Assembly: GCA_963728205.1 (NCBI GenBank)
Contig: CAVSIV010000001.1
Coordinates: 352,001 to 416,000, forward strand
Direction of reading: 5' to 3'
Source: an uncultured Chloroflexia bacterium
GTDB lineage: Bacteria > Chloroflexota > Dehalococcoidia > UBA2979
DNA length: 64,000 nt
A program made the position numbers and the translations under genes. Below the pieces are notes generated by a model. That model was not told the origin of the DNA. It saw only the letters and a list, made by a program, of their open reading frames with translations, and did not search any database. Shown here piece after piece: positions 57,300 to 64,000 of this stretch. The first letter of the stretch is position 1; the number at the start of each line of letters is the position of its first letter.

Positions 57300-59060
57300 T
57301 CACGGCAAGCGGACCGGCACCGCCTCGCGTTCCGCCAGCTCCAGCGCGCCCACGGGGGCGAGCTGGCGGCCGCCCTTCTCGGCGACGCGGTAGACGAGAC
57401 CGCGGCCGGAGGCGAGGCGCCACTGGGCGTGGAAGGCGGGGAGCGCGGCCCAGAGGAAGGTGATGACGGCCATCAGCGGCCACATGGCGAGCTGCCCGGC
57501 GGCGCGCAGCCGCGAGACGTACGCGGGGCGCGGGCCGCGCGTGCGCCACTCGGCCACGATGATCGCGACGAGCGGGAAGAGGCAGAGCGCGACGAGCATG
57601 CCGCAGATGTTCATCCACATCGTGGGCTCGATCAGCCCGGCCTTGCCGAACACGAGCCAGTGCTGGGGCGTGAGCAGATGGTCGAGGTGCCAGGTCGGCC
57701 CGGGGACGTGGAAGGCACGGTGCGTCCACCAGTATGGCATCGGCGCCCCCAGCGCGCCCGCCAGGCGCGCCGGCACCAGCACGCCGAGCGTGACCAGGAA
57801 CCACTGCGACGACCACAGCACGTGCACCTTCGTGAGGTTCACGGCGAGCAGCAGCGAACGGCTGCGTGACAGCCGCCGCTCGCGGCTGAAGGCGGCGCGC
57901 CAGGCGTAGGGGATGTCCGAGGCCCCCCAGGCGTGGCGCACCGCCTGGAAGTAGTGCGCGCGCATCGTCTTGAGCGTGCCGTCGGTGTGCACGCAGTCGT
58001 TGCCCAGCGGCAGGTACAGCGGCTCCACGTGCACGCGGTCGCCCAGCGCGTAGCTGCACTTGAGGAAGAGGTGCCAGTCCTCCGGGATCACCTCCTCGTC
58101 CCAGTAGTCCACCTCGTGCAGGAGCGCCCACGACAGCGAGTAGCACGAGGTCGGCATCTTCACCGAGGTCGGCAGCACGAGGTTGGCGAGGCGGTTGATG
58201 CCGGAGAGGCCGTCGGGCACGCGCAGCGCGGCGGGGATGTCCCAGATGTTGTTGGAGTTGAAGATCGTCGGCTGCCAGAACGCGCGGTAGCGGTCGCGCG
58301 CGGTGAGGAAGAGGTAGTTGAGCGCGTCGAAGTGGCGCGGGTGGAAGACGGCGTCGGCGTCGCAGCTGGTGACCGTGTAGCGCGCGAGGTCGTCGCCCTC
58401 GCCGAGGACGAGGCGCGTGTAGGCCTGGCGCGCGGCCCACGCCTCGTTCGAGCCCTTGCCGGGCACCTCGCCGGGGAGGTCCGCCGGGTGGAAGGTCGCG
58501 AACATGCGCGCGAAGCGGCCGCGGTAGCGCAGGCGCAGCGCGGTGGCCTTGGCGCGGGCGTCCGGCTCGCGGGCCTCCATCGCCAGCACGACGACGAGCT
58601 GCTGCGCGTTGGCCTGCGCGGCGAGCGAGTCGAGCGTGCGCGCGAGGCCGGGCAGGCTCTCCTTGTAGTTGGGGACGATCACCATGTGGCGCGGCCACTC
58701 CCAGGGGTGCGCGAGCGCGCGCGGCGAGGCCCACACGCGGTAGCGGCGCGGCCAGTCCACGACCTCCCAGCGGCGGATGCGGCGCAGCCCGACCAGCGCG
58801 GCGCCGGCCACCGCGAACGAGCGCACGCCCCAGTAGGCATAGAAGCCCACCAGCAGCACCGCCAGCACCGGCGCCGTGCGCCCGTTCAAGGGCGCCCAGA
58901 AGATCGTCGATGCCAGGAACACCGCCGCCGCGAGCGGCGCGATGTTGCCGGCGAACTCGGCCCAGCGGGACGAGGCGTTGAGCGAGGGCGCCCAGCGCGC
59001 GGCCGGAGCCGCGCCCTCGCCGCGCCGCCGGGATGGCAGCGCAGAAGCGCGTAGAGCCAT
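57300..59060 (-). CDS. Multi-TM GT2 glycosyltransferase
   Basis: VPNYKE, GKGSN, DADA, PEDW and QAVRHAWG (QxxRW-like) motifs. Confidence 0.9.
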   Translation of the reverse strand: MALRASALPSRRRGEGAAPAARWAPSLNASSRWAEFAGNIAPLAAAVFLASTIFWAPLNGRTAPVLAVLLVGFYAYWGVRSFAVAGAALVGLRRIRRWEVVDWPRRYRVWASPRALAHPWEWPRHMVIVPNYKESLPGLARTLDSLAAQANAQQLVVVLAMEAREPDARAKATALRLRYRGRFARMFATFHPADLPGEVPGKGSNEAWAARQAYTRLVLGEGDDLARYTVTSCDADAVFHPRHFDALNYLFLTARDRYRAFWQPTIFNSNNIWDIPAALRVPDGLSGINRLANLVLPTSVKMPTSCYSLSWALLHEVDYWDEEVIPEDWHLFLKCSYALGDRVHVEPLYLPLGNDCVHTDGTLKTMRAHYFQAVRHAWGASDIPYAWRAAFSRERRLSRSRSLLLAVNLTKVHVLWSSQWFLVTLGVLVPARLAGALGAPMPYWWTHRAFHVPGPTWHLDHLLTPQHWLVFGKAGLIEPTMWMNICGMLVALCLFPLVAIIVAEWRTRGPRPAYVSRLRAAGQLAMWPLMAVITFLWAALPAFHAQWRLASGRGLVYRVAEKGGRQLAPVGALELAEREAVPVRLP

Positions 59061-59671
59061 GGGGGACGGACCTCCACCGTGCTCCGACGCCGACGGGGTT
59101 AGCTGACGGGCTACGGCGGGAGCTGCCGCTCCGGTGCCGACTCTCGAGCGGGCGCTCGCGATGTCGTCCGGACTCGCCCCGGGTTGGCGTTTGGGTCCCC
59201 CGTTCCCGCGCGATCCGTCGCGCGGGACTAGGCGTGTCGCCGGGATGGCCTCGCCGCGCGGACGCCGGGGCGCTCGCGTGGCGGGGCCATCCCGCGTCGT
59301 TCGCCGTCGCCGGTGCCCGCGTCCTGCGCGTGGCAATGGCGACGCAGCAGATCATCCCGTGCGCCGCGTTGCGGCGGCACGCGACCGCACGCGTGGAAGG
59401 TTTCAACGGCATCGCGATCGGCGGGCCCGCGGCGGCCGGCGCCGGGCAGCCGGGCGGGTCCGCGCGCGCACCTGTCCCGAGCGCGCGCCGGTGCCGGACG
59501 CTTGCGGCGGCATCGCGTCGCGCAGCGCCGACATTGCGACTCCGCAACGCCGGGCGATTCGCGCGATTCGGGGGCGAACCCTCTGGGGGGCGGCCACGTT
59601 GCTACGCGTGTTCCACCGACCCGTGCGTGCCCGCATGCGAGGGCGCGCGAGCCCGAAGGGAGTCCACCTGC

Positions 59672-60232
59672 ATGAGAAGCTCGACGATGCGCCTCGGCGT
59701 GCCGCTCGGCATCCTGGCGGCCGCGGCGATGATGCTCGCGGTGTACGCCGTCTCGATCGTCCCCGCTCACGCGCAGACGCCGCCGTTCAGCGCCTACGGC
59801 ATGGGCCTGCAGTCCGGCGACACCGTCGTCGCCCAGATCAACGGCAAGACCTGCGGCCAGGCGACCGCCGACGCCTCGGGGCAATGGCTGCTCCAGATCC
59901 CGTCGACCGCCCCCTGCTCGCCCCAGGACGGCGACACGATCACCTTCACGCTGAACGGTCAGCCGACGTCGGCGACCGTGCAGTGGAAGGCCGGTGGTGC
60001 GCCGTCGAACGTCGCGCAGGGCATCGCGCTCACCGCGTCCGCGGGTGGTACCGCGACGGCAACGACGACGAGCACGCCGGCGGCGACGGCGACCGGCACG
60101 CCGAGCCCGGCGGGCACGGGCAACGCCGGGCTGTTCACGCCGATGCACACCGGCATCGCCGCGCTGCTGGCGCTGGGTGCGCTGGCGGTGCTCGGGATCG
60201 GTGGTGCGCGGCTGGCCACGCGCCGGCGCTAA
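59672..60232 (+). CDS. Secreted protein with C-terminal sortase-type anchor
   Basis: Signal peptide ending AHA; beta-rich domain with 2 Cys; Thr linker; PAGTGNAG + TM + RRR. Confidence 0.8.
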   Translation: MRSSTMRLGVPLGILAAAAMMLAVYAVSIVPAHAQTPPFSAYGMGLQSGDTVVAQINGKTCGQATADASGQWLLQIPSTAPCSPQDGDTITFTLNGQPTSATVQWKAGGAPSNVAQGIALTASAGGTATATTTSTPAATATGTPSPAGTGNAGLFTPMHTGIAALLALGALAVLGIGGARLATRRR

Positions 60233-60255
60233 GGGCTCCCGGGGGGCAAGCCCCA

Positions 60256-60289
60256 CTCGCCGCCACCTCCCACGAGGCGTGGCGGCGAG
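60256..60289 (+). terminator. GC hairpin after the 59672 gene, possible terminator
   Basis: CTCGCCGCCAC...GTGGCGGCGAG; no U-tract; second hairpin at 60316-60351. Confidence 0.4.
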
Positions 60290-60513
60290 CTCCGTCCTGA
60301 TCACCCCCTCCTGTGGAGGCCCGCGCCGCTTCCCTCGGCGGCGCGGGCCTCACTTCGCCCGGCTCCCGGATCCACGTCGCGCCGAGCCCGTGCGGGCACG
60401 GTCATCACGTCCGGGGGACGTTCGCCCGTGCGGGTGGGCGGGCCGCCGATCTACGGTGGTTCCGCGGTCGGGAACCTGCCGGCCTCGCCACCACGCAACA
60501 GGGGGTCCCGCCC

Positions 60514-60879
60514 GTGATCCGCGTCCTGGTCGCCGATCGCGACCCCATCGTCCGCCGCTCGCTGCGGCACCTGCTCGGCGACGGCGTCGACCTCCATGTC
60601 GTCGGAGAGGCCGACTCCGGCAGCGACGCGGTGCGTCGCGCGTCGTGGCTGCGCCCAGACGTCGTGCTGCTCGACGCGCGGCTCGAGCACTGCGGCGTGC
60701 TCGCGGCGTGCTCCGCAATCCGCACCGCCCTGCCCGGCGCGCGCATACTCGTCCTCGGCTTTTACGCCGACGACGATCTTGCCCGCGCGGCGGTCGCCGC
60801 CGGCGCCGATGCCTACCTCGTGAAGGACCTCGACCTCCAGGCGCTGCAGCGCGCGATCCTCACTGTGCCGGCGGCCTGA
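60514..60879 (+). CDS. Stand-alone NarL/DevR-like receiver domain protein
   Basis: IRVLVAD, VVGEA, PDVVLLD (phospho-Asp) and GADAYLVK; no HTH. Confidence 0.85.
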   Translation: MIRVLVADRDPIVRRSLRHLLGDGVDLHVVGEADSGSDAVRRASWLRPDVVLLDARLEHCGVLAACSAIRTALPGARILVLGFYADDDLARAAVAAGADAYLVKDLDLQALQRAILTVPAA

Positions 60880-60895
60880 CCGCCGGCCCCCCGGC

Positions 60896-61747
60896 TCACG
60901 CGGGCCGGCGGTACCACACGAGCTCCACGTCTCCGACCCGCTCCGCGAAGCGCCCCCTCGGCGACGCCGTGGCGAGCACCCCGCGCAACTCCCGCTCGAA
61001 CTCGTGCAGCCGGTCGCCAAAGAGATGCGGCGCGGTGCCCGACGACGAGAAGACGTGTGCGAGGACGTCGTCCGCGGTGCGCGTGAGTGTGTCGCCACCG
61101 GGCACGCGCACGACGTCGGGCGCGAGGAAGCCCGCCGCGCGCAGGACGCCCCACTCGTCGCCGGGCGTGCCGTGGCGCAGGTACCCCTGCCCCGCGCGGC
61201 GCACCGGGCCGAGGTAGCGCTCCGCGAGCGCGCGAATGGCGTCGCCCGGCGGACGCGGATCGGGGGGGTCCGCCGGCTCGTCGCGGGCGGCATCCGCGGC
61301 CGGCACGTCCGTGTTCACGTGGACGAACGCGCCGCCCGGCTCGAGCATCGCGAACACGATGCGCGCGACCCGCTCGCGCTCCATCCAGTGGAACGACTGC
61401 GCGAACGTCGCGTAGCGAAAGCGGCCCTGCGCCGCGGCGGAGAGATCCTCTGCGCGCAGCCGCTCCCAGCGCACGTTCCCGGCGCCGCGCGACGTGGCGA
61501 GGCGCGCGCCCTCGCGCAGCATGTCGGCGTCGGGGTCCACCGCGACGACCTCGGCGAAGAGGTCGGCGAGCGTCAGCGCCACGGTCCCCGGCCCGCAGCC
61601 GACGTCGATCAGGCGCGGTGCGCCGTCGAGCCGCGCCGCGGCGGCGAAGGCGTCGTGCAGGCCGGCGGGGTAGGGGAGCCGGCCGCGCGCGTAGTACGCG
61701 GCACTTCCGCGGAAGAGGGTCTCGTCCCACTGCCAGCCCTGCGGCAC
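60896..61747 (-). CDS. Class I SAM-dependent methyltransferase
   Basis: YARGRLPYP, IDVGCGPG, AQSFHWM and LEPGG. Confidence 0.92.
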   Translation of the reverse strand: MPQGWQWDETLFRGSAAYYARGRLPYPAGLHDAFAAAARLDGAPRLIDVGCGPGTVALTLADLFAEVVAVDPDADMLREGARLATSRGAGNVRWERLRAEDLSAAAQGRFRYATFAQSFHWMERERVARIVFAMLEPGGAFVHVNTDVPAADAARDEPADPPDPRPPGDAIRALAERYLGPVRRAGQGYLRHGTPGDEWGVLRAAGFLAPDVVRVPGGDTLTRTADDVLAHVFSSSGTAPHLFGDRLHEFERELRGVLATASPRGRFAERVGDVELVWYRRPA

Positions 61748-61898
61748 GCCGGCGCTCCTCGTCTCGGTCGCCGCAGCGCGGCGCGCCAGCCGACGCTATG
61801 CGCCGGGCGCGGCCGACGTCCACGTCGCACCCCGAGGGCGGACCGCGGCGTGCGGTGGGATGTGCGCCGGGGAGCGGTAACGGGTCAAGAAACCGAGT

Positions 61899-61928
61899 GG
61901 CCGGTGGTGGACGAATCCACCACCGGCC
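61899..61928 (-). terminator. Probable intrinsic terminator
   Basis: Perfect 13-bp stem with UUCG loop on the minus strand, followed by ACUCGGUUUCUU, about 60 nt after stop 61990. Confidence 0.6.
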
Positions 61929-61989
61929 CGGTGCCACCCGCCTGAGCGCCCCAGCACAGGAGGCAGCACCCCCGGAGGACGCCGGCTCG

Positions 61990-63528
61990 TTAGTTGGACG
62001 AGCCGCCCGTCACGAAGACGGCAAAGTGGAAGGCCGGCAGCTCCTCATTGGGGTGGTCCTGCCACGTCAGCTGCGGCAACCGGAACGTCTCGATGCCCTT
62101 GATCTCCACGCCCTTGTAAATGGCGGGGTAGAGGTCGATGAAGTGCCAGCCGGGCGCGCCGGCGGCGGGGATCTGGATGGTCACGTCGCCCTGGCTGTTG
62201 AAGCCACAGGCGTAGCCCAGGTAGGCGTTGTCGTAGACGAGCGTGTAGATGTTGGCCGTCTCGGTCCAACCCACGCCCTTCAGGTGCACGGTGATCGGCT
62301 GGCCAGCGGCCGCGCTGTCCGGCGTCACCTCGAAGATCGACGGCGTGACCGTGTACTTCGTGGTCGCCGTCGCCTTGTCGTCGGCAATCGCGTCGATGTG
62401 GTGACCACCGCCGAGGTCATCCAGCGCCTTGAGCGACAGCGAGAACGTCCCATCGGCCGATGCGGTCACCTTTCCGAGCGACGTCGAGTTCTCGGCCCAG
62501 CCGCTCCCGGACATCCGGTTCCCGACCACGCGGAACCACTGGAGGTCGAGCTGCTGGCCTACGGTGAATCCCGTCCCCTTGATCGTGATCGGCGTGTCGA
62601 TCGGCCCGCTCGCCGGGCTCACGGTTAGCGAGGGCCCGGAGCCGGTGACCGCGACGGCGGCCGCCGATGGCAGGCCCTGCTGCGCTGCTGGCGCCGGCAG
62701 GACCGGGTCGCCGGAGGTCACGTCGAACGTGAAGGTGAACACCGGGCGATCGGGCGTCGGGGACTGCGGGGTGTTGAGGTACGGGAAGTTCGGGATGCCG
62801 CCCGTCACCTGTACGACATGCGTGCCGGCGTCGCCCGTCGCCGGGATGACGACCGTCGCTTTGCCCTGCGTCGAGACCGCCGACATCCAGCCCGTGAACT
62901 TGTTGTCGTAGACAACCTGCCAGACGTTGTAGAGGTACTGCCAGCCGACGCCGTCAGCCGTGATCGTGATCGGCGTGCCGACCGGGCCGCTCTGTGGCGA
63001 GACCGTCACGTGCATCTCGACGTTGAACCCTGCCTTGTTGCGCACCGTGTCGCCCTGGGTGATGACGACGTCGTGCGCGAACCCGAATCCGTCGGGCACT
63101 TTGAAGCTGGTCGTGAAGTCGCCGTTGGCGTCCGTGTGGACCGTGCCCAGCGGCACGTACTTCGAGTCGTACTGCTCGCCGTGGTACGTGCCGTCGTCGC
63201 GGTTCACGTTCCACGAGCCGACGACGTTCTGCCAGGACACGGTCAGATCCGCGTTCGCGGCGAAGCCGGTCCCGGTTCCTTTGACGTCGGAGCCGATGGG
63301 GCCCGACGCCGGGGAGAGCTGGAACTTGCCGACGTACTCGACGACGGGGGTTCCAGTGGCCGTCGGCGCCACCGTCGGCGTCGGCGCCGCTGCCTGAGCC
63401 GTGGTTGCCGTGGACTGCGTGGCCGCCGTGGGGTTCGACGCCGCGACGTTGGACTGCCCGCCGCAGGCACCGAGCACCAGGGCTCCGGCGACCAGCAGCG
63501 CGGCTGTCCACATCTGCTTGAGATTCAT
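61990..63528 (-). CDS. Lipoprotein with four tandem IPT/TIG-like beta-sandwich repeats
   Basis: LGAC lipobox; repeats begin SPASGPIG, SPQSGPVG, SPASGPID and TPDSAAAG; YACGFNSQGD; GGAGG RBS. Confidence 0.8.
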   Translation of the reverse strand: MNLKQMWTAALLVAGALVLGACGGQSNVAASNPTAATQSTATTAQAAAPTPTVAPTATGTPVVEYVGKFQLSPASGPIGSDVKGTGTGFAANADLTVSWQNVVGSWNVNRDDGTYHGEQYDSKYVPLGTVHTDANGDFTTSFKVPDGFGFAHDVVITQGDTVRNKAGFNVEMHVTVSPQSGPVGTPITITADGVGWQYLYNVWQVVYDNKFTGWMSAVSTQGKATVVIPATGDAGTHVVQVTGGIPNFPYLNTPQSPTPDRPVFTFTFDVTSGDPVLPAPAAQQGLPSAAAVAVTGSGPSLTVSPASGPIDTPITIKGTGFTVGQQLDLQWFRVVGNRMSGSGWAENSTSLGKVTASADGTFSLSLKALDDLGGGHHIDAIADDKATATTKYTVTPSIFEVTPDSAAAGQPITVHLKGVGWTETANIYTLVYDNAYLGYACGFNSQGDVTIQIPAAGAPGWHFIDLYPAIYKGVEIKGIETFRLPQLTWQDHPNEELPAFHFAVFVTGGSSN

Positions 63529-63552
63529 GTTCGTCCTCCGGGTTGAACATGT

Positions 63553-63582
63553 CGCGGGCCCCCGCCTCGGCGGGGGCCCGCG
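63553..63582. other. Perfect intergenic GC hairpin between co-oriented genes
   Basis: CGCGGGCCCCCGC-CTCG-GCGGGGGCCCGCG. Confidence 0.6.
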
Positions 63583-63592
63583 TCTGGATTGA

Positions 63593-64000
63593 CTAGGACT
63601 TCGCCTGGATCGTCAGCTTTGACGAGTCGATGTTGATGTTGGCGCTCGTGAACTCCGCGGTTCGGCCGTCGGTCGTCGTCGCGGTGATGGTGTACGGCAG
63701 GAGACCGGTCGGGTACCCCTCGGGGACAACCCAGAACTTCGACCAGAAGAAGTCGGTCGGCTGGGGCTTGCCGTGGCCGGCGTACTTTCCGTCGAAGGTC
63801 TGACCGTCGCCGAGCTTGATCTGCACCGACGCCATGTCGGTGTCCTTCAGCTCCTGGCCGGTCGCGGCGTCATAGACCTTGATGCGCCAGCCGAGCTCCT
63901 CGCCGGGGGCGAAGCGGCTCTGCTCGGTGCAGGACCGCAGCGGCACCTCGTCGGTGCTCATGCCCTTGGAACCGATCACCGTATCGGCATAGATGTAGAT
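63593..64000 (-). CDS. Hypothetical protein, 5' truncated by window end
   Basis: Open to the edge; SC..SRF..GE..GWRIKVYD, GH, DFFW..W.VP..YPTG. Confidence 0.7.
   Translation of the reverse strand: MYIYADTVIGSKGMSTDEVPLRSCTEQSRFAPGEELGWRIKVYDAATGQELKDTDMASVQIKLGDGQTFDGKYAGHGKPQPTDFFWSKFWVVPEGYPTGLLPYTITATTTDGRTAEFTSANINIDSSKLTIQAKS

Overview
Very GC-rich bacterial DNA. Tat-lipoprotein substrate-binding proteins with an N-terminal NYW motif, many Thr/Pro-linker lipoproteins and a class F sortase suggest Chloroflexota/Dehalococcoidia (inference). About 60 genes: dtd, a TreT-like glycosyltransferase, cydABDC, a Mrp/Mbh-type membrane module, a CopA copper cluster, a yybP-ykoY (Mn) riboswitch with a TerC gene, tRNA-Ser(TGA) and an envelope cluster (sortase, GT2, acyltransferase). 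No CRISPR, integrase or transposase is visible. Main result: three genes that the ORF track splits at an in-frame TGA look like selenoproteins, each with a Cys-adjacent Sec motif and a SECIS-like hairpin at the expected distance. They are a ResA/TlpA-like W-U-G-C protein (15418-16494), an AhpD-like C-x-x-U protein (17520-18104), and a membrane-anchored Ig-like C-U protein with a Met/His motif (24504-25037). The third is translationally coupled to a PCYCGC-type lipoprotein in an operon converging on a copper-export operon, and is my best candidate for an undescribed Sec-dependent copper-handling system. Also noted: a REP/REPIN-like family, a duplicated 153-bp MITE-like element, tandem repeats, paired Zn-finger micro-ORFs around an XRE regulator, and about 8 single-base frameshifts that are probably assembly errors. 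All family calls come from motif recognition by eye; no database search was run.
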